Assembly (NCBI GenBank): GCA_038087875.1
Contig: CM075988.1
Location: 7,442,001-7,506,000, forward strand
Length of the DNA: 64,000 nucleotides
Direction of reading: 5' to 3'
Source: Malacoraja senta
Lineage: Eukaryota
Each line of letters opens with the position of its first letter. Position 1 is the stretch's first letter. Position numbers and translations under genes: made by a program. Under the pieces are notes generated by a model that did no database searches, was not told the origin of the DNA, and was given only the letters and a program-made list of their open reading frames with translations. Of the stretch, positions 12,756 to 25,737 are shown in pieces.

Positions 12756-13614
12756 CTATGTTAAATATCTTTAACATCCTCTGATAGTTTCAAAACTGCT
12801 AACATGAAAGTAAATAATTTGACCTATTTTTAATTTTAATAAGTTAACAAAACATAATTAAAGACAATAAACCAAAGTGAAATATTTGAATAAAGGTACC
12901 TTCCCTTCCCCATTGCCTTTACAATCCCCAATAAAATAAATGGGTTCTAACCTCAGCAGTATAATTGTGAATTTTTGGATTTTGTTGGCACTAGAGCGTT
13001 TGGCTGCTGCCAAATCTTTAAATTTAAAAACCCAGTAAAAAATGTTTCTGTTTCAACTGATAAAGATCATTTTTGAAAGTTTCAAGATGTACGCAGTTTA
13101 TTCCCAACCAGAATAATACTGGTTAACTCTTCCATCTACTTTCACTGTGGGATACGCAGTCTTTAGCATCCATGGCTCCAATGGAAATATACTTACATCA
13201 AAAAAAGGATAAAGCTCATGCAATTTACTCGTGCAGTTTTTCTTTAAAGGAATCCATCTTCTGTGGTTATTGCAGCAGTATTTTCTTTTTAATGACCTGT
13301 TTTGATTTGATATTTTAAAACGTTGCTTTCAAAAACACCCTAATCAGGGGTTGCTTCACCAAATGATTGAATTAGTAGTTTGTATTGCAGTAGGTGCCCT
13401 ACTTTTGCCTCTCAAAAGAAATCCAAGAGCGAGTGTAACCTGTGAGCAGACTGCAGTTTGCACGAAAAGAGTGATTTGAAGCCCCTCTTTGCATGGTTAT
13501 GTTAAATTATATGACACTTGGGAAATTTCACTGCTGCAAGATAGTGACTTTGCGCTTGAAAGGGCTGTTTTGTGGGATTTGTGCACTGTGGATGACTTGA
13601 TTTCCTTGGTTCAT

Positions 13615-13822
13615 ATGTTATAAGAGTAGAATTAGACCATTCGGCCCATCAAGTCCACTCCGCCATTCAATCATGGCTGATCTGTCTCTCCCATTCAACT
13701 CCACTCTCCTGTCTTTTCCCCATAACCTGTGGCACCCGTACTGATCAATAATCTGTCAATCTCCACCTTAAAAATATCCATTGACTTGGCCTCCAAGCCA
13801 CCTGTGGCAATGAATATCCATG
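13615..13822 (-). mobile_element. CR1-type LINE 3' end
   Basis: ORF remnant ...SMDIFKVEIDRLLISTGATGYGEKTGEWS* and 3'UTR like the 43173 element. Confidence 0.75.
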
Positions 13823-14490
13823 AATTATAATCCTGTATAGTCTTCGCTGACTGGATAGCACACAACAAAAAGCTTTTCACTGTACCACAGTACATGTGAT
13901 AATAATAAACTAAAGGAAACTAAACCAGTTTTGTGTGACGTTGTGCTCCCTCAAGTATTTTGCAAAATGGAATGGCCTTCCCTCTGCAATTTGCTGTCAC
14001 TGGAGTGTAAAAATTAAGAGAATTTTTAGAGAAATTTAGAGAATTAATGGGGTTTAGGGACTGGTGAAGAGACGAATGTGTGAGAAGATGGGAGGAGAAC
14101 ACAGTCGGTGGGAGTAATCGCTATGAAAGGAGCAGCAAGCTGGAAGAAGATGGATGTAGCTGGACTGTTGCAGTTGCTTGTTTGAGGCCAGGTGCTCTTT
14201 AGAAAGACCAATGGCGACTTCTACACTTTCACTGGCTGCTGAAAGTTGGAGACCGATGGTGTCTGGCAGCTTTGCTTCATGGTACAGGTTGACACTAGGA
14301 TTGTTAAAAGGAGCGTTGCATGCCCATTGCCATCATTGCACATGTCTGTCAAGTTCTTTGCACCCTCATGTAATTTCCAAGTGCAGTATGTGCTACCAGC
14401 ATACTTACCCGGTTACATAATACTTTTAACATCCTCTTCTCCACTACTCCCATGAAACTGACTTTGTTGTATTTCAGTGGTCACTTTGGC

Positions 14491-14712
14491 TGTGCAGGAA
14501 GGAACAGCAGATGCTGGTTTATACCGAAGACACATACAAAGTGTTGGAGTAAGTCAGCGGGTCAGGCAGCATCTCTGAAGAAAAGGTGCAGGCAATGTCT
14601 AGGGTCGGAAACTTTCTTCAGACAGGAAGAGCCTGGAAGAAGAGTTCCAACCGGAAACATCGCCTGTTCCTTTTCTCCGGAGATGCTGCCTGACCCGCCA
14701 AGTTACTCCAGC
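14491..14712. mobile_element. Palindromic mini-PLE, diverged
   Basis: Long arm tgtgcaggaaggaacagcagatgctgg... plus inverted arm ending ttactccagc. Confidence 0.75.
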
Positions 14713-14915
14713 TGTCACCCTTGATTCTTGAAGAATTTCAATTTTGTCACTTGCTAATTTGATATCCCTCAATAATTGCATTCCACTTTCCTTGATTAAT
14801 AGAATGCATTAAATAATTACCTAAAAAAGAATCCCCAAACGTAATTTTCTGTGCTTACCCAGTGCTGGGAGCAGTAAAGAAGAAACTGCTTTTGCTGCCA
14901 TTTGCATCATGCTTG

Positions 14916-15183
14916 ATGATCCTGACTATGGGTGCTGTCTGTAGTGAGTTTGTACCTTCTCCCCGTGACCTGAATGGGTTTTCTCCGGGTGCTCCAGCTT
15001 CCTCCGACACTCCAAAGATGCACATGTTTGTAGGTCAATTGGCGTTGATAAAATTGTAAATTGTCCCTAGTGTGTAGGATAGTGTTAGTGTGTAGGGATC
15101 ACTGGTCGGCACGGCCTCAGTGGGCCAAAGTGCCTGTTTCCGCGCTGTGTCTCTAAAACTAAAAGCTAAAACTAAAACTAAAG
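14916..15183 (+). mobile_element. HE1-like SINE, 5'-truncated
   Basis: Starts gatcctgactatgggtgctgtc; (ctaaaa)n tail. Confidence 0.8.
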
Positions 15184-15650
15184 CAGCCAACTGATCTCTT
15201 GCACAAAAGTACAACTTGATTTCCCTTGATGGCCTTTCTACTTGCAGTTACCGGTCACCTGTAATTCAGTGCATGCTTTAAAAGCCCTGTTACAATATAT
15301 CAATTACCAGAGATGACACCGTGCAGAGTTTACAGATATGCTCAATGGGACTGTACCATATTACCATGATACTTTTTGAATAGAAAGATTTTATTGCATA
15401 ATTCCCTAACTGCATTTTAAAGGTGTATTCTCTTGTTTTCCGGTGGCAGAAATGGTTTCTCTGTGCACACCCTTACTGAATAATTTAAATGTTTTAAAGA
15501 CATTAATTATTTTATCCCTTCAGTACAGGGTGCCTCAAATCAGGCAGCTTGTGAATAAAGTAAAGATAGACACAAAATGCTAGAGTAACTCAACGGGAGA
15601 AAATGGATCATATGTTTCGGGTTGGGACCCTTCATCAGACATATTGTGAA

Positions 15651-15958
15651 CGGTGGGCGCAGCGGTAGAGTTGTTGCCTTACAGCGCCAGAGACGTTGGT
15701 TTGATTCTGACCTCTGACTGTCTGTACGGAGTTTGTACGTTCTCCCCGTGATCGCGTGGGACTTCCTTGGTTGCTCTGGTTTCCTCCCACACTGCAAAGA
15801 CGTACAGGTTTGTAGGTTAATTGGCTTCAGTAAAAAAATTATAACTTGTCCCTAGTGTGTAGTGTGTGCCGGTGTAACGGGGATCGCTGGTCGGCGCGGA
15901 CTCGGTGGGCCGAAGGGTCTGTTTCCGCGCTGTATCTCTAAACTAAACTAAACTAAAA
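15651..15958 (+). mobile_element. HE1-like SINE
   Basis: Head, core, tail; preceded by a mini-PLE arm (15565-15640) with CTGATGA core on the minus strand. Confidence 0.85.
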
Positions 15959-16014
15959 GCATCCAAGTAACGGATGGGAATGAAAATTGTAAATTGTCTC
16001 CAGTGCGTAGGATA

Positions 16015-16313
16015 GTGTTAGTGTGTAGGGATCGCTGGTGTTAGTGTGTAGGGATCGCTGGTGTTAGTGTGTAGGGATCGCTGGTGTTAGTGTGATGGGA
16101 TCGCTGGTGTTAGTGTGTAGGGATCGCTGGTGTTAGTGTGTAGGGATCGCTGGTGTTGGTGTGTAGGGATCGCTGGTGTTAGTGTGTAGGGATCGCTGGT
16201 GTTAGTGTGTAGGGATCGCTGGTCTTAGTGTGTAGGGATCGCTGGTGTTAGTGTGTAGGGATCGCTGGTGTTAGTGTGTAGGGATCGTTGGTGTTAGTGT
16301 GTAGGGATTGCTG
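16015..16313 (+). repeat. Minisatellite, 13 x 23 bp (gtgttagtgtgtagggatcgctg) derived from SINE interior
   Basis: 299 bp = 13 units, few substitutions; flanked by contiguous SINE sequence. Confidence 0.95.
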
Positions 16314-16336
16314 GTCGGCACGACCTCGGTGCTCGT

Positions 16337-16497
16337 GAGCTTGATAGGGCTCTTAAAGATAGTGGAGTCAGGGGATATGGGGAGAAGGCAGGAACGGGGT
16401 ACTGATTGTGGATGATCAGCCATGATCACATTGAATGGCGGTGCTGGCTCGAAGGGCCGAATGGCCTACTCCTGCACCTATTGTCTATTGTCTATTG
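16337..16497 (+). mobile_element. CR1-type LINE 3' end
   Basis: Encodes ...DRALKDSGVRGYGEKAGTGY*, stem-loop ggccgaatggcc and (attgtct)n tail. Confidence 0.85.
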
Positions 16498-16729
16498 AAA
16501 GTATAATTGTCCATACCATCCAATTATCTGAACATGGATTAAGATGTCAGAGTTTAACGTTACTTCACTTTTCAGATTTTTTTTTGTAAAGAATAATTGA
16601 TCATTTCCTGTGCAGATCTGGTCCAGTTGCTCTGCTTCATTGGTGAATAATTAGCATTATGCAGATTTGATTCTACGCCCATGAATGAAGGGAAAAAATG
16701 TTGTTTTACAACATCCATGGCTCTACTGC

Positions 16730-17055
16730 AGCCCAAAATGCTTCCACACTCAGTTAAATGTTTTTAAAGTGCTATCATTTTATTTGTTTAGAAAATAAGA
16801 TAGCCAATTGTGCATAGCAAGGTTCCATAAACAGCAATGTGATTATGAGCAGATTATTTGCTTAATGATGATACAAGGGATAAACATTGGCCAGGACATT
16901 ATTCTTTGAATAATACCATATGATTATTTTAACATCCACCTCCGGGGCTGAAAGGGCCTTTATTTAATGTCACATTCGTAAGTTGGGTACTCTGATAGTA
17001 CAAGACTCTTCAATGTCTTATTGAATTATCAACCAAGGTCTTGTGTTGAAGCTGG
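16730..17055 (-). mobile_element. Ancient DeuSINE (SacSINE1/AmnSINE1-like) relic
   Basis: Resembles the recalled Deu-domain reverse complement (agcaagg.tccataaacagcaatgtgat...gggataaacattggccaggaca...tttaatgtc); not aligned computationally. Confidence 0.6.
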
Positions 17056-17094
17056 CTAATATTAAAAGCTTGCTTCTCTAATCCTTCTAACGAC

Positions 17095-17410
17095 GGGGGA
17101 GGCACAGTGGCGCAGCAGTAGAGTTGCTGCCTTACAGCGCCAGTGACCCGGGTTCGATTCGGATGACGGGTGCTGTCCGTACGGAGTTTGTACATTCTCC
17201 CCGTGACCATGTGTGTTTTCTCCTGGTGCTCCGGTTTCCTCCCACACTTCAAAGGCGTACAGGTTTGTAGGTTGATTGGCTTTGGTAAAATTGTAAATTG
17301 TCCCTAGTGTGTAGGATAGTGCTGCTGTACAGGTGATCACTGGTCCATGCGGACTTGGTGGGCCGAAGGGCCTGTTTCCGTGCTGTATCTCTAAAGTCTA
17401 AATTCTAAAG
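17095..17410 (+). mobile_element. HE1-like SINE, full length
   Basis: tggcgcagcag A-box, ggttcgattc B-box, core, tail. Confidence 0.88.
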
Positions 17411-17737
17411 ATGATATTGTTTTGGAATCCATTGCATTGTAGGTGATTAATTTTCTGTCTGTATCTTTGGGGAGGTAAGGAATTGGTCAAGGTTCTTATT
17501 CCCACCTTCTATTTGAAGAGTTTTGGTGGTCAATATGGATTTGCACATAAGGCAGGATTACTAGGAGGGCCAATAATTTCTTGATGTTTCTGTCTTTGCT
17601 AAGTACTATCCCTTTTCCAAAAGCCTCTTTCCTTTCCTTGAATCCTGTTGCCTCATAGGCTTGTGTCCATCTTTGAAACAGATTCAAGTTAGAATCTGCC
17701 TATGTTTCGTTTAGTTTCAAAGAAACTTTTAGAAACG

Positions 17738-18010
17738 TTTTAGTTTAGCAGAAACAAGCCCTTCGGCCCACCAAATCCGCACTGACCAGTGATCCTTGCA
17801 CATTAACACAAGCCTACACACACACTAGGGACAATTTACACTTATACCAAGCCAATTAACCTACAAACCTGCACGTCTTTGGAGTGTGGGAGGAAACCGA
17901 AGATCTCGGAGAAAACCCATGCGGTCACGGGGAGAACGTACAAACTCAGTACAGACAGCACCCATAGTTGGGATCGAACCAGAGTCTACCTCTGCGCCAC
18001 CGTGCCGTGC
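17738..18010 (-). mobile_element. HE1-like SINE
   Basis: Reverse complement of family consensus. Confidence 0.85.
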
Positions 18011-18524
18011 GGCGGCATTACAACCTATCCCATCTTCAGTCTCTGCAACAAACTCACGCCCAAAACAGTTGTTGTCATGTTTTAATCTAGGTTTAGAAAT
18101 TCTGCACGAAAACAAGCCCTTCGGCCCACTGAGTCCATGGTGACCATCAATCACCCATTCACAGTTGTTCAAGAGTAAAGGTTGTTTAATTGTCATTTGT
18201 ACTGAAACGGAACAATGACATTCTTATTTGCAGCAGCACAACAAGTCTGTAAACAGTGTTCAATAGATAACATAATAAGACAAACAGAAATATAGTTCAA
18301 TAAATAATTAATAATATCAATATTAGTACAACACAAAAGCCTGAAGTCCCTAGTGCAACCAAGACAGTTGGTAGTTTGTATTTTAGTTGGCGTTTGCAGT
18401 GTTCAAGAATGTGCTGGTGGAAAGAAGCTATTCCTGAACCTGATTTTCAGACTCTTGTACCTTCTTATAGGTATATACCTTCTTACACCTCTTATACCTT
18501 CTTCCCGATAGCAGGAGTGAGATG

Positions 18525-18727
18525 TGTAGGAAGGAACTGCAGATGCTGGTTTAAACCGAAGATAGACACAGAGAGCTGGAACAACTCAGCGGGACAGGCA
18601 GCATCTCTGGAGAGAAGGAATAGGTGACGTTTTGTGTCGAGACCCTTCTTCAGTCTGAAGGAAGTCACCCATTCCTTCTCTCCAGAGATGCTGCCTGTCC
18701 CGCTGAGTTACTCCAACCTTTTGTGTC
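18525..18727. mobile_element. Palindromic mini-PLE inside a Rex1/Babar-like fragment
   Basis: Perfect 16-bp duplication tagcaggagtgagatg at 18509-18524 and 18728-18743. Confidence 0.85.
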
Positions 18728-19761
18728 TAGCAGGAGTGAGATGACAGCTTGGCCAGGGTGGTATCGGTACTTCATCCCACTTTCCAATCCACACCCTACA
18801 CACCAGAGGGAACTTTGCACAGGCCAATTAACTTACAAACTCGCATGTCTTTGTGATGTGGGAGCAAACCCGAACAGCCGGAGGAATCCCACATGGTCAC
18901 AGGAAGAATGCACAAACTCCACACAGGCAGCACCTGAGGTCATGATCAAATCCGAGTCTGTGGAGCTGTGAGGCAGCAACACCACCAGCTGCGGCCTTCA
19001 GCTGCCTCCTAAGCCTGGCGATGATGGATTTGCATCTCCCCCTGAGAATGATAAAGGAATTTTTTAAGGCCATCACATGTACAAGTGTGACTGTTAGTCG
19101 CATATAATACCGAACTAAAGCCCTGTGCCAGATGGAAGGGTTTGAGAAGAAATTAACGTTGGTGTGGTCTAAAGTCCTAACCTTTCCATCACCCCAGTTC
19201 TATAATATGAAGAATTGAATTCTGGACACTGGTCCTACTACGATTTGGGTTTAGAGCATCAGGTGAGAATTTTAATTTTTAAATAATAAAGGAGAGAGGC
19301 TAATTAATGGCAAGGCAGACAATTGTGCGTTCCATAACTTTAAGCACTTTTTCATTGAATGTCAGAACGGCACAGCTACTGTGCTGGATGGACTAAGTCT
19401 GACGCTCATGGTTTCACTCACAGCTGTTAGCTTAAATTGTAGAAGCAGTTTACGAGGTTCTCACTTTAACAACTGCTGCAGGAGCTCCTGCAAACATTTG
19501 ATATTCTCTGCGTATTGCAGTGTAGCAGCAGGTGTGAATAACATAAGAAATATGGTGCTTTTGGTTATTTGCTGCTTGAGTGGCGCCTGCAAAAGGCAGG
19601 GTGACAGTGGCACCCACTGGGCCTTCTCCACCTTCAAACTCTCAATTGTGAAACCTCTCTCTTTTTGAGTTCCATTTTAGGCTCTAACATCTTATCAAAT
19701 CCAGACTTGTGCTCTTTTAGATCCCCGTGTCTACCCTGTTCTGTCCCTGTGTCTATCCTTG

Positions 19762-20064
19762 GGCGGCAGAGTGGCTCAGCGGAAGAAATGCTGCCTTATA
19801 GCTCCACAGACCCAGGTTCGATCCTGACTATGGTTGCTGTCTGTATGGAGTTTGTACGTTCTCCCTGTGACCGCATTGGTTTTCTCCGGGTGCTCCGGTT
19901 TCCTCCTGCACTCCAAAGATGTACAGGTTTGTCGGTTAATTGGTTTTGTGAAATTGTAAAAAAATTGTCCCCAGTGTGTAGGATAGTGTTGGTGAATGGG
20001 GTGATCACTGGTTGGAGTGGACTTTGTGAGCCAAAGGGCCTGTTTCAGCGCTGTATCTCCAAAG
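19762..20064 (+). mobile_element. HE1-like SINE
   Basis: A and B boxes, core, tail. Confidence 0.85.
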
Positions 20065-20236
20065 TCACTTTCCTATTGTGACTTTCAGTTTTATTGCTGC
20101 CATACTAGACTGATCCTGATTGATAGTCAAATTGGAAATATTAAATTTGAGAGGCAAAACAGTACATTCACAATGGGTAGACACAAAATGCTGGAGTAAC
20201 TCAGCGGGACAGGCAGCATCTCTGGAGAGAAGGAAT

Positions 20237-20271
20237 GGGTGACGTTTCGGGGCCAGACCCTTCTTCAGACT
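20237..20271 (-). ncRNA. Minimal type I hammerhead ribozyme motif in mini-PLE (20178-20312)
   Basis: Minus strand reads agt-CTGAAGA-a-ggg tctggc ccc-GAAA-cGTC-accc. Confidence 0.6.
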
Positions 20272-20809
20272 ATCTTCGATTTAAACCAACATCTGCAGTT
20301 CTTTCCTGCACATTCCCTCTATACTTTACTCATTCAACTATCAGCCCAGATGCCTCTTCAATGTAAATATTTACTCTTCCTGTCTCCTTGATCTTCTCTA
20401 GCAGATCAAACCCGATGCCAACTATCTTTGCGTGGAAAAATTTACCCCACTAATCCCCTTTAAATCACCTTCCTCTAGCCTGAGAGCTGTGCCCTCTAGT
20501 TTTAGACACCCATGCCATGGGATACAGACCATGCCTGACTACCCGTCTATGCCTCACAAAATGTATCTATCTTTGTCATGTCACCTCCTTTGTTCAGGGA
20601 AAGTGGACTTTAGACTTTTAGACTTTAGAGATACAGCAGCGAAACAGGGCCTTTGTCTCACCGAGCAGAACCCCTGGAGAAAACCCACATATGGGGAGAA
20701 CGTACAAACTCCATATAGATAGCCCCTGCAATCCGGATCGAACTGGGGTCAGTGGTGCTGCAAGGCAGCAACTCTACTGCTGCACCATTGTGCCGCCCAA
20801 GTCGACCCA

Positions 20810-21640
20810 GAATATACAATAATTTCTTGTAACTCAAGATCTTCAATCCAGGCAACAAACTTGTGAATCTTTTCTGCACCCTCTCTAGCTTTTCTCTCGT
20901 CTTTCCTGTAGTGAGATGACCAGAATGGCAATCAATACTTTGAGTGGAGTCAAAATGTTTAGTATGAATGTAATATGACATCCCAACTATCAATGCTCCG
21001 ACTGATGATGGCAAATATGCTGTATGCTGCCTTCACTCCCTGTCTACTTGTGTTGTCACTTCCACTATGTACCTGTATCCCAAGGTCTTTCTCATCAACA
21101 TCATGCCCCACTGTGCATGTCCTGCCCTGATTTAACATACAAACATGCATTACTTGCACTAGTCGGAGATAAATTATATCAGTCATTCCCTTACTAGTTC
21201 ATCCATATCCTCTTGGAATCTAAGATAACCTATTTTCCTGTCCACTATACCACCAATCGTGTTGTCATCTGCAAAGTTACCGACATTTTCGTCAAAATCA
21301 ATAACAGATAAGACAAACATCAGTGGACCCTGTGCTGATCCCTGCAGCACTCCAAACAGAGTAACAGCCTCCACTACCACTCACTGCCTCCTTCCAACAA
21401 GCTAAGTTTGTATCCAAATGGCTCGCTCACCCTGGATTCTGTGTTCAAACCTTTGGACGCCCACCATGGGGACCTTGTCAGAGGTTCCATGTGGACAATA
21501 TTTATCACCCTGCCCTCATAAATTTTCTTGGTCACCTCTATATAAACAGAACTCAATCACATTTAAGAGACGTGTTTGCTCATTCACAAAGCCAGGCTGA
21601 CTATCCCCAATCAAATTGTAAATAAATCCTGTCCCTCGGT
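20810..21640 (-). mobile_element. Old CR1-type LINE RT fragment
   Basis: Broken frames GVLQGSAQGPL, NFADDNTIGG, KLERVQKRFT. Confidence 0.8.
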
Positions 21641-21947
21641 ACCTTCCATTCTACTTATTGAACTACCTTCCAGTAACTTCCCCACTGCATCAGCTAAGGT
21701 TCCCTAATCTTGCTGGCTTTGCCCTTTACTCTTACAAGAACATGCTGGTCCTGAACTCTTCCGATCTCACTTTTGAAAGCCTCCCGCTTACCAGTTCCCT
21801 ATATCTGCAAACAGCTTCTCCCAATCATCGTGAGGGGTCGGGCAGTCTCATTTTTTCTCATTAGCTGAACAATGGCTTCACTGGCACTCTGAGTAATGTT
21901 CTCACCATCACAGGGAGTGGTAAACAGGAGAGGAAGAACTCTTTTAA

Positions 21948-22362
21948 GGCGGCACAGTGGCGCAGCAGTAGAGTTGCTGTGTTACAGCGCCAGAGACCCG
22001 ATTTCTATCATAACAAGGTGTGCTGTCTGTATGGAGTCTGTACGTTTTCCCCATGACTGCGTGGGTTTTCTCCAGGTGCTCCGGTTTCCTCCAAGAATCC
22101 AAAGATGTGCAGGTTTGTAGCTGGTGTAGGAAGGATGTTGGTTCACACCGAAGGTAGACATTCAGCTGGCAGCATCTCTGGAGAAAAGAAATGGGTGATG
22201 TTTCAGGTTGAGACCCTTCTTCAGGTTTGTAAGTGCGAAAGTGTCCATTAAAAAAATTGTCCCACGTGTGTAGGATAGTGGTAGTGTACAGGGCGATCGC
22301 TGGTAAGTGCGGACGTGCTGGGCTGAAGGGCCTGTTTCTGCGGTGTATCTCTAAAGTCTAAA
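21948..22362 (+). mobile_element. HE1-like SINE with inserted mini-PLE arm (about 22124-22221)
   Basis: caggtttgta duplicated at 22110-22119 and 22222-22231 around the insert. Confidence 0.8.
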
Positions 22363-23103
22363 CTCTTGTCACCATCACAGAGTGCTACAAAATGTGCAGG
22401 AATGAAATGCCACTTCAAGCATTAAACAGTTAATCTGCAAGGCAAAACAACATGGGGATGGGGAAATTGGAGGTGGGTGGGGAGAGGAGCTTTTTTAACA
22501 CCTTCAAGTATCTTGCTGTCTTAATTTATACCAATGTCAGGGACAGAGGGTGGTGGTTTGACTGGAAGTGGGAGTTGGCAGGAGTCGAGGCTGGGGTTGT
22601 CTCTGCATCTGTTAGTGTTCTGTTTACATTTGATTTAACTAGGTGGAATGTTTATAGCCAGTTTGAAGTTATTTGCTGCTCGATTATTCAGATCTCAGTG
22701 CCGCAGTTAGATTTAATGAAAGCTGTATTCAGCCCACACACAGCACTCTTCAACCCAGCCTCATTGTACAGGATTCTTGCTGCAAGATTAACACTGACTG
22801 ACAAGCTATCTTTTCAATAGCTCAAATTTAATTTTGGCTTCAGCGCTCAATTATAATTCTTGGTTGATGCTCTCAGATCGAGATTACTAATTTACAATAA
22901 GGGAGGCTGTGGCGAAAAGTCTAGAAATGTGCGTGGCCTGTTGCCAGTGTGGTGTCCACGGGTTTGTGTGGGAAGGAACTACAGATGCTGGTTAATACAC
23001 AATAGGATACAAAGTGCTGAAATAACTCAGCAGGTCAGGTAGCACCTCTGCAGAACACGGACAGATGACGTTTCAGGTCGAGGGACTTCCTTGTTTCTTC
23101 CTT

Positions 23104-23429
23104 GGGCAGTCACGGTGGCGCAGCGGTAGAGTTACTGCCTTACAGCGAATGCAGCGCCAGAGACCAGGGTTCGATCCTGACTATGGGTGCTGTCTGTACA
23201 GAGTTTGTACATTCTCCCCGTGATCTGCATTGGTTTTCTCCGCGATCTTTAGTTTCCTCCCACACTCCAAAGACCTACAGGTTTGGAGGGTTAATTGGCT
23301 CGGTAAATGTTAAAATTGTCCCTAGTGGGTGTAGGATAGTGTTAATGTGCGGGGATCGCTGGTCGGCGCGGACCCGGTGGGCCGAAGGGCCTGTTTCCGC
23401 GCTGTATCTCTAAACTCTTAACTAAACTA
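23104..23429 (+). mobile_element. HE1-like SINE, full length
   Basis: tggcgcagcgg A-box, ggttcgatcc B-box, core, tail. Confidence 0.88.
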
Positions 23430-23488
23430 TTCCTTATTTATACATGTGCTAGTCCCACTGCAGACACAAAGTACCTTTGATATTGCAA

Positions 23489-23621
23489 TGTGTAAGAAGG
23501 AACTGCAGATGCTGGTTTAAACCGAAGAAAGACACAAAAAGCTGGAGTAACTCAGCGGGACAGGCAGCATCTCTGGAGAGAAGGAATGGGTGATGTTTCG
23601 GGTCGAGACCCTTCTTCAGAC
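23489..23621 (-). mobile_element. Mini-PLE full single arm with hammerhead motif (AUC variant, 23588-23621)
   Basis: Minus strand gtCTGAAGAagggtctcgacccGAAAcATCaccc. Confidence 0.8.
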
Positions 23622-25186
23622 ATGACCTGTTGAGTAGTTTGCCTCATCACAGACTTGTGCCGCACTGAATTTCTCACCAGTAGGGTCTTGAATAAAATGT
23701 TGGCTCACTGAGAATGAATCCCTCAATACTGTACAGGCCACTGATTAATTGCCACAAAGTTGTACGCACAATGTGCAGAGGGCGCCAGGCAATGATGCGT
23801 TGATGTTGGGGATGAAGGGGTGGTCTGTAATGGCTGTCACAGGGTGTCTTGGCACATCTGCAGTTGAGCTTCACTGTCTAGACTGGCTCTGGCTGTTTCG
23901 ATGTGTGAAAAATTGCCTTTTTCATGGGGGAGGTGGAGGAAAACAAGTGGGTGGAGCGGTGTTCCATGTGGGAGTCAGAACATTCACCAGATGGAACCGG
24001 AGAAAAGGGAAATGAGTAATAAATTATTTTATTCAGAGAAAAAAAGTATTTTGAGAACAAGCCATTCTTCAGTCTAGTAAATGTTTAATTTGATTGATAC
24101 AGATGTACCGATAGAGGTTTATTAAAGGGCTTCTGTATGATCGTGGCAGTCTTCCAGTTGAGCTGTTGAAGAAACCCTGCCCCTTTTTACTTCACTCTGA
24201 AACAGTGTTTTCCATTTAAAATAATGGAATAAGGGACTAATCAGATTAATAACCTTGAAGTAAATCTCCTTGGAGTCTACCCAGGGAAAGGTTTGACCCA
24301 ATCCCTGCGCTGTGAAAGGACACCGCTCCAAAATAGGCCAGGGTGGAAAATGTACAATGAACTCAACCCCAAACTGAATCAAAAACAGCAAGGGCCCCGA
24401 CCTGAAACGTCACCTATCCTTTTCCCCAGTGATGCTGCTGGACCCGCTGAGTTACTCTAGCACTTTGTGTCTTACCTGTTGCAAAATTAACACTTGCTGG
24501 ACACCAGAGATAGATAGATTCTTGATTAGTACAGGTATCAGAGGTTATGGGGAGAAGGCAGGAGAATGGGGTTAGGAGGGAGAGATCGATCAGCCATGAT
24601 TGAATGGCGGAGTGGACTTGTTGGACCGAATGGCCTAATTCTACTATTCCTTATGACCTTATGACCTACACAGCCATCTGTTAAAGGCAATGAAAGAATT
24701 AGCATTTTAAGTGTCTGTAATAGAAGGATGTTTGAGGTTGGGACTCTGTGTCTGAAGAAGGGGCCGGACCCAAAACACTATCTATTTCTCTCCATAGCTG
24801 CAGCTTAATCACTGAGTTCCTTCAAAAGTTTGTTTTTTGTTCAGGATTCCAGAATCTGCATGTCTCAATCTCCATTTTAGGTGTCACCCATCTTCATAAG
24901 TTCTATACGAGGGCTTGCTTAAGAAATACTGTTGTTTCCTTGTACTATTGTCATTGGTATTAGTTTCAATTTTTTATTCCCTTGTGCACCACTACTCACT
25001 CAATCGCATTGGAGACCACTGGAGACCCTCAAACTATCTTTCATCAGACTTTACTGGACTTTATCTTATTCCCTATATCACGTATTTGTACACTAGGGAT
25101 GGCTCGATTGTAATCATGTATGAAAATAATATATTCGAAGACACAAGGTATATGCTAGAATGTGCTTAATATGAAAATCAGCTCAC

Positions 25187-25702
25187 CCAACTATAAACAT
25201 GTGGATTTCAAATATGTTTGAAACATTACACCTAGAAGAGATAAGACTCCTCCTGGCAGGTAAACCAGATCACTTCCACCTGACGTGGTCTGCATTTATA
25301 GAATTATTACAAATATAGGGTGCAAAGGTACCTTAAAAAAATTGAGGTCAGGTAATGGGGGATGATAGTTGGAGAGGTGGTATGTCCCATTTGCGTAATG
25401 CTCATAAAAACTATTTGTTTCTCTCTTTTTCCTCTTTCTCTTTCTCCTTCTTTTCTAGGGTCTATTTCTTAACTCTTTTTCTTTTGTTTTTAATTTTGTT
25501 CTTACAGGGTCTTCGTCCTTTTTTGTTGTCACATTTTCTACACTCTTACTTTTTCCTTCACTTTCTTCTTTCTTTCAATCTTATCCTTTCCTTTTACTAG
25601 TGTAAAAAACAAATGGAGTACATTCATTGTAAGAAGACATAAGTGACGAGTACTAATGTATGTGGTTGTAATGTAATGTACTTCTAATAAATAAATTTTA
25701 AA
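25187..25702 (+). mobile_element. Second, shorter copy of the same L1 family (ORF2 end plus 3'UTR)
   Basis: Near-identical to reverse complement of about 6900-7430; 14-bp TSD gaaaatcagctcac at 25173-25186 and 25703-25716. Confidence 0.92.
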
Positions 25703-25737
25703 GAAAATCAGCTCACATACCGAAGAATGTTGCATAG

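Noticed and set aside
16015..16313. CRISPR-like regular repeat (also 37678-37921)
   Set aside because: Units are contiguous with no unique spacers, no cas genes, eukaryotic context.
23104..23180. tRNA genes at SINE heads
   Set aside because: A and B boxes are present but there is no complete cloverleaf and each continues into SINE body.
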